Positions 25,430 through 39,726 of a stretch of DNA of 64,000 nt are shown here, piece by piece (the first letter of the stretch is position 1; the number at the start of each line of letters is the position of its first letter). Made by a program: the position numbers and the translations under genes. Below the pieces are notes generated by a model. That model searched no databases and was not told where the DNA came from. It saw nothing but the letters and a program-made list of their open reading frames with translations. This stretch comes from Lama glama (taxonomy: Eukaryota). The DNA lies in contig CM052816.1 in NCBI GenBank assembly GCA_028534125.1, positions 33,854,001 to 33,918,000 on the forward strand. Reading direction: 5' to 3'.

Positions 25430-26300
25430 ATAAAAACAATGGCATCTCACAATTTTACATCCACACTAGTGGAGAAATGATGAATTAATAGAACAACTGG
25501 GTAGCTAGTTAAGGAAAGGAAACAATAACAGCCACACCTCACACCTTACTCCCAAATGCATTTCTGCTGTAATATAATTTTTCTTTAGTTTTAAAAGATT
25601 GAATACTGGAAGAAAATAATAGGTGAGTATTTTTTAAATAGTATATTTAAACTTTCTAAAACTGACAGCAAAGTCAGAAGCCATGTAGGGAAAGACTAAT
25701 CAATTTGACCATATAAAATTTAAATTTCTACGTGTTAACCAAAAAACTAAAAAACATAATAATCAAAATTTAAAGACAAATCAGCAACTGGGAAAATGAC
25801 ATTTTAACATAGTTTAGACCATGGATCACTTTATTGTAAAAAAAAAAAAAAAAAAAAAAAGCTCTTACCAGTAAGGGAAAATCAGTAGAAATATGAGCAA
25901 AGGACATGAAAAGGCAATTTATTAAAAAAGATATGCAAATGGATCATAGTTATATGAACAAATGTCTGCCCCCTAGTAATTGAAGAATGGCAAATTTGAA
26001 TAATAACCAAATTTTTCTCTATAAAAATGATAGTGTTTAAAAGGGGAATGTACATTATTATGCAAAGTGAGAAAAAAGTAACTCATTTTTGGAGTGATGT
26101 AAAAATATAACAGGTTTTTGATGGAGGGCTCTTTGGCAGTATGTATCAAAAACCATAAAAATGATTGTATCTTTTGACTTAAATCTAAGGAAACAAATAT
26201 AAGGTGTAAATATTTACTAATGCACATGTTCATGATAGAATTGATCCTAATAGGATTGTCAGGATTCTAAAAAGCAATTTTTTATTCATTAATTATTAAT
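25430..26300 (+). mobile_element. Old L1M fragment with a poly(A) run at 25838-25860
   Basis: L1 ORF2 3'-like sequence (agaaatatgagcaaaggacatgaaaaggcaattt; ttggcagtatgtatcaaa). Confidence 0.55.
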
Positions 26301-27414
26301 TAAAATAGTACATCCATATGGTCCTTTAATCAAATTATATTTATTGATCACCTACCTGTGCCAGATACTATTCTAAGCAATGAAGATAGGGTGTAAATAT
26401 ACCAGATAAAGTCCCAGCATTGTTGGAAACATATATAATGCAATGTCATAATGACATGTATTATATTTTAAAAATTAAGTGATAGAGACAGAGGTTTTAG
26501 ATTGGGTGGTCAAGGAATTCCTCTCTGAGTAAGTGATCTTTAAACAGACCTAAATGAAGTATGACTCATCCAGGAGAATTTTCATGGTAGAACTAAGTTA
26601 AGGTCCTGATGACAAGCTAGGTAGCCAGCGAGCAAGGGCTCACTGAGAGCTGAAAGGAGGGTAGGAACCACATTTTGCAGAGCTTTGTTGGTGATGGGCA
26701 AAAACTAGTTGTGTTTAAGAGTAGAGTGAGGTGATCCTAATGATGCTCTAGAAGGATCAACCTGGCTTCTGTATGGGGCAAAAGTGAAAGTCTCCTTTAC
26801 TTGGTAGACTTGGTAGGTGATTACAAGCTGCTGAGATAAGAAGTGGTAGTAATTTAATTGAGTGGTAGTGGTGAAGAAGATGGGAAGATTTAGAGTCAGC
26901 ATGTTTAAAAATTACATTAAAAATAGATATTAAATGACAAATGAATATGTCCATGTTAAATTAAAAACATGCACAGTGTTTCACTTTTGTAAAAATAAAA
27001 GCTATACAATAAAAGAATATATGTTATGTCTGGGTGTAGGTTTTCCTATGAGTTGTTTTTTGTTTGTTTACTTTGCATTTTCATTGTTCTAAGATAGGGT
27101 TTTGGTTTTTTTTTTGGCTCAGAAGAAAAATTACTTCAGAAAAGTTAATAGATTTAATTATGGGATACAGCAATAAAGTTCTTTGTAGATTACTAAATCT
27201 GTTCATGGCATTTAATCAATAGTCTCTAGAGCACTATAAAGGTCCCGCCATCCTATATTTCTTCAAAATCTTTCTAAAAGAATGATGCTGAAATGGTCCA
27301 GAGAGTATAGTTTCAAACTAATTTGAGAAAGGCACAACGCAGAAATTAAAACATGAAATTCTAACATTTAAAAAAAAAGTCCAACATGTGTTTTATGAGA
27401 GTAACTATAATATT

Positions 27415-27960
27415 TGTATTAGTTATCTGTTTTGGCCTAACAAATTACCCCCAAATCAAGCAGCTTAAAACATTTATTATCTCATAGTTTCTGTAGTTCA
27501 AGAATTTGAGGGTGGCTTAGATTAGTGGTTCTGGCTCAAGTTTTCTCAGGAAGTTGCAGTCAAGACTTCAACTTGGGGTACAGTCATTTTAGACTTGGCT
27601 GGGCTTGACTGGGACTGGAGGATCCACTTCTATGATAACTTGCTCAGCTAATTGTGGAACTCTTGCTGGTTTGTCGTCAGGAGATCTCAACACTTTGCCA
27701 CATGGGTTTCTCTATAGAATTTCTTCAGTGTTCTCATAACAAGACAGCTGGCTCCTTACAGAGCAAATGATCCAAGCGAGAGAGCAAAATGAATACACGC
27801 TGTCTTTTATGACCTAATCACACCTTATCACTCCTACCACATTCTATCCTCTATAAGTAAGTCACTAAATGCAACCCAATATTCAAGGGGTAGGGATTTG
27901 GCTTCATCTTTAGAAGGGAGGATTATCAAACAATTTGTGTTCATATTTTTAAATCACCAA
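27415..27960. mobile_element. MaLR MLT1-type LTR
   Basis: tgtattagttatct...aaattaccccc...atttattatctcatagtttctgt...ttctggctcaag...tttaaatcacc. Confidence 0.7.
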
Positions 27961-28658
27961 AATTAAACCATTATATAACAATGTGTAGAATATATTTTAA
28001 TTATCAAAAATAAATAATTAGAAACATTTTCACACAATCATTAATCGAATGATATAGATTAAATGTTTTACTTCTTAGTAAATAGATATGAAGGAGAGTT
28101 TTCTTGAAAGGAATCATATGATAGAAATATTTATAATCATGAAATAGTTTAATAAATATCTTTGGGTCCAATCATTATTCACTTAGACTTGAGTCAAAAT
28201 ACAAGTGAAGAATAGCAGACTATTTTGACAGTTTTCTAAGGGTTGACATAGAATGAGAAGACTTGTTAAACAAAGATATAGAACAAGCAGGTCATTCATT
28301 TATATTAATGCCTTACTTAGAAATTCTGACACTGAATGAATTCAGCTCGTAGGATAAAATCAAACTATCCTTTTCTGTTCAAGAATTCACCCAGCACTAT
28401 TTATTAAGCATCTACTATGTTCCAGTCACTGTATTAGGTACTGTGATGCAACTACCATTTTCAAGGATGGAATCTGAAGATATTTAAAATATTTTATTTT
28501 TAAAGTATATATGTGGACCAATAAACAGTTTGCACAGTTAAGTTTTAGTATGTAGTAAGCCCTCCTGTGCTTGTCTTCATAATGTTTTTGCTATCCTGCC
28601 ATTTATTTTTTCAGATGAACTTTAAAATCATTTCATTCTTCCTCCTCACTGTCCTAAA

Positions 28659-28686
28659 ACACACACAGACACACACACACACACAC
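28659..28686. repeat. Interrupted (CA)n microsatellite
   Basis: Direct read of the sequence. Confidence 0.9.
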
Positions 28687-29804
28687 TGAGATTTGAAGAG
28701 TCCTGACATAAAATTTATATGGTAACCCTAAGAGGTTAGATTTTTTTGTTGTTGTTGTTCTATGAAATATTTCCTTTAAGGATTCATGGTTTTCTATTTG
28801 CTTAGGTCTATATTTATGCCTCTAAGTGTGTTCTCTTCCAAAAACATGTTATATATTTCTATCTGTTGAGATCCATCGTTTCGTGTATAGTGTGAGCTGA
28901 GGGTCTAGCTAAATTCCCCCAGCCCACAAGAGTGGAACATCTTTATTTTATACTCCTTTGTAAAAATTGGTAAATGTCTCACTGCTTTCTATACACTTCA
29001 TTATTTTAATTTGGATTATTTAAACTATAGATATATAATCTTTTTTGAAATATTTTTTGGCCATTTCATTTTGTGGCCAAGGAAAAATTAAATTGTTTAG
29101 GTTCATTTTATTTTAGGGCTCAACATCAGTTCTTTCCAACTTTAATATTTTTTTAGTTCTTAATTTTGATTAATGTCTAAGTGATCTGTCCTTTGGTTTA
29201 TTTTGAATGGTTTAATCTTAAAGTGTAAGTAAAGTAGAAGAATTGTGAATGTTCTTTAGTTATCTTCCCTACAGAATTCTTGGGTAGCTACTTTTTTCTC
29301 TAAATGCTTTGTAGAATCAACTGATTTGTTGTTTTTATTATGATGAAGATTTTTTTTTAAACAACCTACTTTCTATTCCTTTCAGATTTACCTGTTTAAC
29401 AGTTTGTATTTTTTATGGTTTTAACATTTTTCCTAGATCTTTTGAAATAAATTTTAAAAAAGAAGTCCACCAAGCTATTTTTAAGTGCAGCAGTCTTTAC
29501 ATATTCATTTTGTTTAAAATATAGTGGTACTCTTGATTTGCTGTCTCAAGTCTTTTTTTCTTTTTTGGATCACAGTGGTTTTCCTCCCTAATAATCCTTT
29601 AATATTTTTAATATTTTCTGTCCTTTTGAAACGCTTTCCATGTGTGTTGACACTCTAGAATCTGCTTTGTAAGAAATATCTTTGATAGTCTCTCTCAATT
29701 TCACTTTTGTTGTTGCCCTCAATGTAGTGATTAGAAGGGATGTGTTTCAGAGAAGCCTGGGATCAGATATTGTAATTTCTTTAAAAAAAACCCTATTATT
29801 TAAA

Positions 29805-30020
29805 ATAAATTATTTTTGAAGTCTTTATTATTGCTATTTTTAGAGCAGTTCTAGGTTCACAGCAAAATTAAGAGGAGGGTAGAGAGATTTCCCATTTACA
29901 CCCACCCCTCCCTCCAATGGATAGCTTCCCGCATTATGAACATCTCCAATCAGAGTTGTAATTTAATCCATAGTTTATATTAGAGTTCACTCTTGGTACA
30001 TTCTACGCATTTGGACCAAT
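29805..30020 (-). mobile_element. L1MB-like 3' end fragment
   Basis: tttttagagcagttctaggttcacagcaaaattaagag...agagatttccca motif. Confidence 0.65.
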
Positions 30021-30349
30021 AATTTCTGTTTTAAATATCAAAGTGTAGTAAAAAAAAATTAAAAGGCTTATTTGGTGCCTATTATGAATAGACACAATTC
30101 AGGATTGATGTATTTCATCAAACTTAAATTCTCTTTTGAAGTTCTCAATTTTTTAAGGCAATTTATTTCACCTGGACAATCCCTGCGTATTAACTTTGAA
30201 TTTAATCAGGACTGCTTTCAGTAAAACCTTTGTGAACATTTGTAGAATATTTGATTTTGCTCACCCGTTAGTAGACACGAATTTTGTAAGGATTTAAATT
30301 AGGTAATTTTATTGGATACTACCTTTAGAATTATGCATTGTTTTTTGGT

Positions 30350-31500
30350 TTAAATTCGCCCCCTTGTAGTTAGCACATATAGAACACCTTGGATGCTTTG
30401 TTTATCCGTTATCCTAACTGTGGGGGACGCTGGCGGGCCTGGAGTTCTTTGTCAAAGGGGCTTTAGAACAGCAATTTGAGTAAAAGATATAGGTACCTTT
30501 GAATAGCGTACATACTGTTTTCACTTTAATTTTTAATTCAGATTTTATTTCGCCGTTGGGGTGGTGGGGCGCGAGGCTTTGGAGTAGGCATTTAGACACT
30601 GAGGAGACACTGAAGCACTGCTACTGCGCTTGCCGCGGCTGCTGGCCGGATATCCAACGTATGCACAATATTTAAAACAAATCATAACCATGTGCATTAT
30701 GACTATTTTGAAGCTAATAAAGTTCTTTCACACATTATTGCTTGTATTCGTTCGAAAGTGAACACAGCTGTGTTGAGGGCGGAGAGGGCAAGGTGGAAGG
30801 TCCTGATTGGCTAAGCCCGGGTCAGGCGACTCTAAAGAGAGCAACCTTCCGGCTCCTTAGGGCCACGCCCACAGCGTGCTTAGCAACCGGTACCAGTGCG
30901 CAGCGACCCGAGCCCCGCGGTGAGTGACTGCTGGGTCTTGCTTCTGATGACTTGAGAGCTGAGGTTATTGCCACACTCACCATGCCGGGGCAACCCGGAG
31001 ACCCACAGAGCCCCACAAATGGGAGCACCGAGTGGTCTACCTTAGGGTTTCGTAGCTCTGGCTGTTTGAAGAAGCGTTTACTCGCGCCCCGAGCCCAGGC
31101 CCGCCATGCAGGTTCCTCCTAAGAATCTAGGCGGTCTCGTGGAAACACTCCTGCAGGGGCACGAGGGAGCAGGTGCGGGATCAGCCACCAGTTTTATTCG
31201 GTAGGGAACTAGCATTTTGCTTGAGAGACTAAAAGAGGTGGGGAACTTTCTCATTGCTATCAGTAGGAGAATTCTTTTATTTTCTTCTGGGCTAGGGCTT
31301 TCTTGTTTCTCGGGTAACCCCTAATTCCTTAATTCAGTATGCATCTCGCCTCGCTGGACGGTTTTCAAGTCCTTTTATACTTGGTGAAATTGCGGCTCCC
31401 TTCTCTGCCCCCTCTCCACCCTCTCGTCCCCGGCCCCGCAGACTCATTTGTACTTCAAAAAATTTTGGAGAAGTGTGGGGGTGGCGGCGGCGGCGAGGGA
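30350..31500 (+). promoter_or_regulatory. Second CpG island: TMEM232 promoter
   Basis: CpG-rich. GC box 30777-30782, NF-Y site ctgattggct 30803-30812, ETS cttccgg 30846-30852, Sp/KLF ggccacgccca 30861-30871, RFX-like gcgtgcttagcaac 30874-30887, then a strong donor. Confidence 0.8.
30880..30919 (+). other. TMEM232: TMEM232 non-coding exon 1 (start approximate)
   Basis: Strong donor GCG|GTGAGT at 30919/30920 just after the promoter motif cluster; the TSS cannot be fixed from sequence. Confidence 0.6.
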
Positions 31501-32545
31501 GGGTCCTTGAGGTTGTGAAGTAAAAACATTTTTAAAAAAAAAAATCTTGAGAAAAGGGTACAAGTTATCTATCACGAAAAGTTTCTAGGAGAGGGTAAGG
31601 CGATGGTGGGATTCCCTTATTTACCTTATCTCAACTATATAGCTGAATGGATTCTATCTTTTTGGTTGTCTTTGGTCAACTAATCTTAGCTCCTTCCTTA
31701 AGGTAGCGGTCTAAATCTTGTATTTCCTGGTGTGTGTTACCTACACGAAGGCTTATCATAATTTTAATATTGTCTAGTTCTCAGAAATTGTCTTTTAAAG
31801 TATACCTTTCCAACCTTGTTTTAACTGGAGCTTAAAAAAATATACTAGGGATTAATATTAAAAACTTACAAAAAATTCTAAGTCTATGCAAGATAGATAC
31901 GGAATGTATCTAATTCATACTTAAATTTAAATTTGATTATTCGCTAGATGCTGTCATATATTTATAGACTGTCTTTTTTGATTAAATATTTTTCTTGGGC
32001 ACCCCCTCCATATCACCTGGAGTCCTGTAATGGAGTTCACTGTCTTGAAATATTATAATGTTGGTTTACAGGCCAGTCCTTTTTCTCTAGATTTTTTAAG
32101 AGACTGTATTTTGTCTTTGTATCTCTCAAACGGGGAACTCAAACATCATTGGAACTTTTATTTTTGTGAAAACTGAACCAAATTGAATTTCCTAAATGAC
32201 AGCTGCTTAAAATGAACAGTGTGAGTACCATTTGGTAGTGCTGAAAATGGTCAAAAACAGTAAAAAAAGAAAATTTATTTCTAGTTTATATGTATGTGTT
32301 TTTGTGTATAGTTTATTTCATACTGTATTTTTTTAGTAATAAAAAAACTTTCATTGAGCACCTGCTGTATGCCAGGCCATATTTTCTGTTGAGTATTGCA
32401 AACATAAAGCACTGGCACATAACAGAAATCCAATAAAAGAATTCATGGACAATTACATCCATTTTTGCAATTCCTTCACAAACCATTCATCACATGAGTA
32501 GTTTGCATCAGTTTGCATCAAAGCCAAATGGCTTCCTATGGTGGG

Positions 32546-32921
32546 TGTCAAACTAAATAAAGAGGTAAACTGAGGCAAGCTGGAATTATCAGAAATTGAA
32601 TTTATTTGGGAATAGCAGAGGAATTGCGGTTTGGGAAACAAACCATAGCAAGACACAGGTGAGTCCGTTGAGGGTTTGGGGTGGGCTGTATTTAAGCAGA
32701 GGAGGTCCAAAGAGGGAGAAGTCCAGCCAGAGTCTAGTCAGTAAGTTCACTGACTTGAGGATGGGAAGAGATTCCTGGTAGATACTCACTGGTCAGGAGA
32801 TAAATCCCGGATTTCTGTAAGTCAGACATTTATAGGAAATCAGTCTTGGAGTTCTTAGGTTTTATTTTCCTGAGGGCAAGTGTGAGATTCTCTGGTTCCA
32901 TTTTAGATTGAAATTGATTCA
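32546..32921 (-). mobile_element. Solo LTR, ERV-like
   Basis: TG...CA termini with flanks gtggg/gtgag; minus-strand AATAAA near the left end and a TATA-like tatttaag. Confidence 0.6.
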
Positions 32922-33388
32922 GTGAGTAAAAGATTTAAGATATCTAACCAAGTCAGAACAAAACTACCATTTAAGTATCAGCTGACTGCAATTTTCCTGA
33001 CTAAAGTAAATAAGTGATTAATATGAAATGAATGAAAATAGTTCATATTTAAACTCTAGTGGGACTTTTCATTGTCCTGGGCTTTCTAAATCATAGGTGA
33101 ATACTTTAAACACTGCAGTTTTCAGTATTTTGAATATTGCTATTTTGTACTAATTATGGATTATATTTACATTTATGATTTTGGAAAAATATCCATTACT
33201 TGGTTTATTGCTACCAAGTTAAAAACATGAAGTAGTTATGAGTCATAGTTGATGGACTTATGTGTGCAGAAGATACTCTACTTACTTTCAATTGACTATG
33301 TACCCTCCAAGCCTTTGCTCTGGTTGAATATTCAGTCTTAGTTTTTATTAGGCCTGCCTCTGTCCTGGGGTTATACAAAGGTCTTTGG

Positions 33389-34506
33389 TGCTTCTGTATC
33401 AACAAAGCACTGGAGGGGCACTGCAGGGCATTAGGACACACTTTGTATCTATATGGTCCTCTCTGTTTTGGCCTACCTTTGGTGAGTTGCAGAAGCAGCC
33501 CCGGTGCATGCGCAAGCTTTTGGGCTCCCTTTGCATGTGGCATTAATTGTGCCAATCAAAGTGCAAGTGCCTCCTCTGGGAGGAGACTTAGCACGGTAAT
33601 GAGGCAAAGGCAACTTTCAGTTGGTTTGGGTCTCATTTGGGCAGGTGCTGCCCTCCTGGTCAGGCTGGAACTCGTTCAGGTCAGTTGATGGCTGCTGTCT
33701 TGGGCCTTTCTGGCTTGCACTGGTTCTGCGCTTTTGCTTAAAAGTGGCCCTCACCTTTAGTTTCTGTTAAACCAGTAGAGCTGTGGGCATTGGTGAACGG
33801 ATCATGCTGTGGAAAAGAAAGTAGGTTAGCCCCTGTACAGGTGTGGGTCTCTTTCCAGTGACGCTTCCACAATCCCAGGAGTTTGATTCCTCTCTACAGG
33901 GCACCCAGGGTCATTTCTTCAATGAACTTTTGTTTGTTTTTTGTCTTTTTAAGTCAGGAAAAAGCCAGTGATTGCAGGCAGTTCCAGCTTTCTGCCTTGG
34001 AGAAATTCAGTGAAGAAAGAAAGGGAAAAAAAAATGTGTATACATCTCTCCTCAGATTAAAGAAGTACAACTCAAATGGGAGAGGAGTTCTTAAAAATAC
34101 GTATAAAGATTTCATACTTAAGATGCATTAATGATACCCCATTGCCCATACTTGTCTTTTCCAAACTAAACATCTTTAGTCTTAACTATTTCCAAAAGGG
34201 GCATGGCTTTATATTCCTCACCTTTGCCCTCATGCTGAAACTAAGCCGGACCCTGTGGGGCCCTCCTGAGTACAAAAAAGCCTTTCTGTGTCCCCCATTT
34301 CTTACTTGTAGGAAAAAGGCTTTCAGTCTCCTGGACCTTCTCTGAGTCCCAGAGAGCAGATGCAAGCAATTACTAATTAGGGGAGTTCAGCATTTTCAGA
34401 TGAGCTGCTCCTTCCCCTTAAGGCCTTTGCAATAAACCCTTCTCTGCTCCACGCTCCTCCGAAGTTTTTGGTTTGTTTGGCCTCCCTGTGTTTGGGTTCG
34501 ACGGCA
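33389..34506 (+). mobile_element. ERV LTR or two adjacent LTR pieces (33389-33789 and 33794-34506)
   Basis: GC-richer block with TG start and CA end; ttgg at both outer flanks and at 33790-33793; AATAAA at 34431-34436 followed by U5-like sequence. Confidence 0.5.
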
Positions 34507-35069
34507 TTGGGGCTGGGGGAAGAATGAAATCATTGGGAAATGTATGTTTGGAGTGGTTACTTAGGCAGTCATGTAAAAGGTGAGAGCAGAGTAGAGGGAG
34601 AGAGAGCTGGAGACTGGAAGATAAGAAGTCACTGTATTAATCTAGGGAAAAAGTAATCATGTCCTGATTTAGGAGAATGAAGGAAGGGATGAAAAGGAGA
34701 CTTAACAGAGCTGCTTTGAAGAAAGGAGTCAATAGCATTTAGTGACCAATAGTGCCTCCCCAGTGCTTTGATGCTGGTTGAGCTGGTAAACAGCCTGCAG
34801 CAGGGTAAGGCCTGACAACAACCATGAAAGGGTGATTTACATGGAGCCTTAGTTTTTCTTTATGATTGAAGGTGACAAATAAACTAAATTGTCTAGTTTT
34901 GGACTTAGACGTGTATTTCTGATGTTTTTTAAAAAAAGTTCATCTTGTCTGAGCTGCTGTCATTTTTAGTTCTGTTATGTCACTAAATCTAATTCTAATA
35001 CAATATATTCTCTTAATATTATTTTTATTGGGGTTGGTTGTGGTTGTGGAGTTGATTGTACGCAGCTGG

Positions 35070-35540
35070 GTAATTCTTACTGGTGTTCTCGATTGTGATT
35101 TCAATTAGATGTCAGCTGAGGCTCTAGTCTTCTGCAGCCATGACTGGGTTGAACATCCAAAATAGCTCACTTCTGTTGCTGGCAGTTGCTGTTTGGTGTC
35201 ACTAGGAAGCCTGGCCGGGTGGTCAGGTAGAGCTATTAACCCAAGCACACACGTGGCTTTCCGTGCGATGCTGGCCTTTAGCATGGTGGCTGGACTCTGA
35301 GAGAACATTCCAGGAGACTTCAGGAGACTGCAAGGCTTTTTTTTTTTTTATGGTTTAGCTTCATATGTCCCAGGGTATTACTTCTGCCATACTCTGTTAA
35401 TCAAGCAAGTCCCTTAATTAAGCCCAGATTCATGGGGAGAGTGAATTAGGTTCGATCTCTTGTGAGGAGTGACAAGGTCACATTGCAGAATGATACACTG
35501 TATGGGAGATACTGTACCATTTTGAAAATGCAATCTGCTA
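35070..35540. mobile_element. MaLR MLT1-type LTR
   Basis: gatgtcagctgaggct...cttctgccatactctgtta...aagcccagattcatgggga...tttgaaaatgcaatctgc. Confidence 0.65.
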
Positions 35541-35544
35541 CCTT

Positions 35545-36700
35545 GAGTTTTGATACATACATGCACCCATGTTACCAACCCCAGAATTTAACATTTCCAT
35601 TGTAATCTCTACTCTAGCCCTGCCCCACCATAGTCTTCATCATGTAATAGTTTTGCCTGTTCTTTAACTTCCTGTATATGGAATTGTGTCGTATGTTCCC
35701 CTTTGTGTTTGGCTTCTTTCATTCAACATATTTTTCACTCAATGTATTATTTTTGTTGCATGTAGCGTTAGTTTGCTTTTTAAATTACTGACAAGAATCC
35801 TGTTATATAAACATAACACACTTTGTCTATTCTCTTACTGATGGATGTTTGGGTTGTTTCCAGCTTGAGACTATTATGAATAACGATTACTGTAAACATT
35901 CTTGTACATGTCCTTTTGAAATACTGTTTTCGTTCCTTTTGGAATGAAATTTCTGGGTCGAGAGACAGGTATATGATTAACTTCCTAAGGTGCAAGTAGA
36001 TTCCCAAAGTGGCTATAGCTTATTTTCACTCCTTTCTGTAACTTACAAATGTTCCATTGCTTCACACCTTACAAAAGCTGGTACTGTCAGTTTTTAAGCA
36101 AATGTTAGCCATACTAGTTACAGTGAAATAGAATTTAATTGTGGTTCTAATTTGAATGTTTTGAAGTTTAATAATTTTGAGCATATTGGCTTTGTTGATT
36201 TCCCTTCTCACATTTTGTTCTGCATATCATTAATTTCTGTTCTTAAAAATTCTCTTTACTTCCGGTTTTTTGGGAGAATGGCTGATACTTTTCTTTCATC
36301 TTATGTTAGCTAATTAATTTTTAGCTTTTGTTTGTTAGATATAAGGGTTTAACATTTCCTCTGAAGTGCTTTTGTTGCACCTCATGTGTTTTTATAGGTA
36401 TGTCTTTACTATCATTTAGTTTTAAATATTTGTGAAATTCTATCATTATTTCTTTTTTGATCCACAGTTGACTTAGTATTAGGTTTTTTTATTTCCCAGT
36501 GTATGGAATGTTAATTTATTTTTTTATTATAGTTCTCTAATTTAACTGTTTTGATGTCAGGACTATAATCTACTCATAGAGATTACCTACTGTTTGTAAT
36601 TGAAGACTTACTTCAGGCTAGAATTTCTAGAAATCATACTTGGTGCTTGAGAAAAATGCAGTTTTCAGATTGAATGCAGAATTCTTTGTGTCCATCATAT
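35545..36700 (-). mobile_element. Old L1ME-like fragment
   Basis: ttttgcctgttctttaactt...ggcttctttcattcaacata...gatggatgtttgggttgtttccag. Confidence 0.6.
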
Positions 36701-39283
36701 TATATTGTCTAAAGCTTCTGTACCTTTGCTAATTTTCTTTTTGTTGCCTCCTTGACTTACAGTTAAGAAGGCATAACTCAAACTGCTTTTTACTAATTGA
36801 TTTTCTCAGAGCCACAGTGGTTAGCTACCTCTTTCTCTACCCATATGCACACCAATGCATAACAGCCTTTCCTTTCCCACGGGAGCTTAGCTCATAGATC
36901 CTTGCCTTATAATTTCTTGGATTTCAAGTTTCCTTCTTAGCTCTACAAAGCTGCTTTTAAAGACAGGACCCAAAGCCTATGTTAGTCATCTTTTCTGGAA
37001 TTGAAACCCATGTCACTAATTTTGCTGGATTGTTTATTTATAAAACTTGTAGTTGAATGTAATACATATTTTGTATGTGCAGATTCTTCTGAGATTTTTA
37101 TGTAGATATTTTTCAAATAAACATAGTGTCCCTTTTTTCCTTTTTTAAAATATTTTTGTTGGCTAGGTTTACCTACAGAATCTTGGGTAGTGGCAATAAT
37201 ATAGATACCCTTACATTGTTACTGGCTTTTCAGATAAATCTAAATTTTGCTTGTTAATTATCACATTTCTTTTCCTTTCTCCTAGACATTTAAATTGAGT
37301 AAACTACTAATCCTAGCTTGTAGAATTTTTGTTCATTTTTATAATAATGAATGGAAACTGAGTTTAACTGAATTATTCTTTGGCATGTGTAAAATATTTT
37401 CTACTTCTTTGCTTTAAATCCATCAGTGTTATGCTCTATAATAATAGATTTTATAGTATTAAATTATCTTTGCTCTTCTGAGGCTAACCTTTCTAAGTTA
37501 TAAAGAATTATTTTTATTGGTATTGTTGGATTTGGTTTCCTTATGTTTTATTTAGAATTTTTGCAGCTATGTTAATAGGTGAGATTTCCCTACAAATTTA
37601 TTTTCTTGTACTGACCCAGATCCTGTAACCTTGGATTTTGTAAAAATTTATCCCTTTTTGTTTAGGATCTGATAAGATTGTTGAAACTCTAAAAGAATTT
37701 AAAATAGTAACATTATGGAATACCTTAGAAAGGTAACCTGGGGGGAAAGAATGAACATAAGAATAAAAGAAAATAACAAACTAAATAACTGTATTAGCCA
37801 TTTTAAAAGCAGTTTTTGTTTAAGTGTTCAGGTTATTCTTTTCGTTTTGTAAAATTAGATATTATGTCTTTTTTTGGTCTATTACCACTTAGAGAAACCT
37901 GATATATATCATATACTATATTTATATTATATATGGTGGTCTTGTGATTTTTAGTTAAATGCTGATAAAATTGATTAAATCTATAATTGTGAATCAATAC
38001 TTTAATACATTTTATTGTAAAAACTTCAATCATGCAGGACAGTTGGAAGGCTAGTAGATGAATCCCCACTTACTTTTAACCAAGATTTAACAATGATCAA
38101 TTCTATCCATACACTGTGATGCGTTAATTACGTGGTATATTTATATCAAAAGTGTTCATTACTTAATGCATTTGTGTGATTAGTTAGGAGTATTACACAA
38201 AGAACAAATAGTGATGAGTTGTATTCTCTACTTGGATAATAAGGACTCACTAACAGGAGATACCTTTATATTTATATTTATAGACGAGTATACTGAGGCA
38301 TCTGGAAATTAATTTGCACAATGATGTAGATGTAATGTGTGCTGGAGCCAGAATTTACAGTGAGCTGTTGATTCCTGCCTTTGTACACTTAACCCGTATA
38401 CCACACAGGAGTCTGATGGGGGACTTCACAGAGGCAGGGAGACAAGCCAAGGGAGGAGTGTCGTGATTAATGAGAAAGACATTTATTTCTAGAAGGGATG
38501 GTAGACAGAGTCAGTAACTAGAGGGATCAAGAATTGCCCACCTGGAGATCATGTCAGATTCCCAGATACTGTTTTGTGCACTGGGATAAATTTGAGGGTA
38601 AATAACATTTAATATAAAAATCGTGTCTGATAGAAGTATAAGGTAACATCAAGCTGTTTATTTTCCCACTTCAGAGGAATATGCAAGGTAAATCTTTGGA
38701 ATCTATTTAAATTATTGTAAATGATCTCTGTTAAGGTGATAGAGAAAATACGAGTTATTGCAGACCATACTCTATAGTGGGTTGCTGTGTGTGCCAAGAA
38801 ATTAGAGCAAACAAAGAGCCGGATCTTAGAAATAGCTGATGTCAAAAATAATGAAAAATTTTGCCTTTTATTTCAGAATTTGAGGGGAGACTTTATTAAA
38901 GAGGGTATCCAGTCTTTAAGATCAGTTTTATTTACCTAAGATTTTGTGTCCATTTCAATCCACAAATTCAGTCAGTACCCTGCATTTTTGGGTACTATAA
39001 AGAATAAAAGGATATTTAAATCTTAAAGATCTATTTAACTTATAAAACAGCTTATTTTTATATTTGCATCACCTTTTGCTGATTCAGGGAAAATGATGGC
39101 TATTTCTTGACAATGATGTCAATGTGAAATAATCTAATTTAACAAGTCTACTTTAATCTCTTTACATTTAATTGTTGTGATTTCCCAGCAGAGTAAAAGA
39201 AATGAATTTTGTACTTGATAGGAGAAAAATGAAAAGCTTTGGCTTCATGTTAATTTTCTATTCCTGTTTTAAAGTGGTCTTTG

Positions 39284-39726
39284 TGTTACTGGCTCTGGTC
39301 CTTGGACTCTAATCAATAGAAATTGATAAGAGGCCAGGGGAGGAATTCAGGCAGCACTAGGGAGCAAAAACAAGAAACGGGTGTCCTTGCTGATTACCCA
39401 AGGAGGGCGGGATGGTTCCTTAAATGGGGTGAGGATAGGGGCAGATCCGTGGGTCAGAGCAGAGGGGTGGCTTAGGTGGTCTGCACACCCCCAGGTGGTG
39501 CTATGCACAGGTGTCACGCGCAGAACCTTGCCTTTGCTCTTGGCATCCCAGAAATGGCAGTTGATTTGTGGCCTTTTGTATCTTACGGTTCATAATTGCC
39601 CCAGCTGTGGGTGCTTGCAGTTATTTTTAGTCCCTTGTAGTTTCTCCGTATTCTGTTGCTCGAGGAGACTTGGTTTCTCCAGGTGCAGGCACTACAGTAT
39701 AGGGTCCCAGGTCCCAGCCTGTCTCA
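39284..39726 (-). mobile_element. Solo LTR, ERV1-like
   Basis: TGTTAC...GTCTCA termini (reverse complement begins TGAGACAGG); GC-rich against AT-rich flanks; no clean TSD. Confidence 0.65.
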
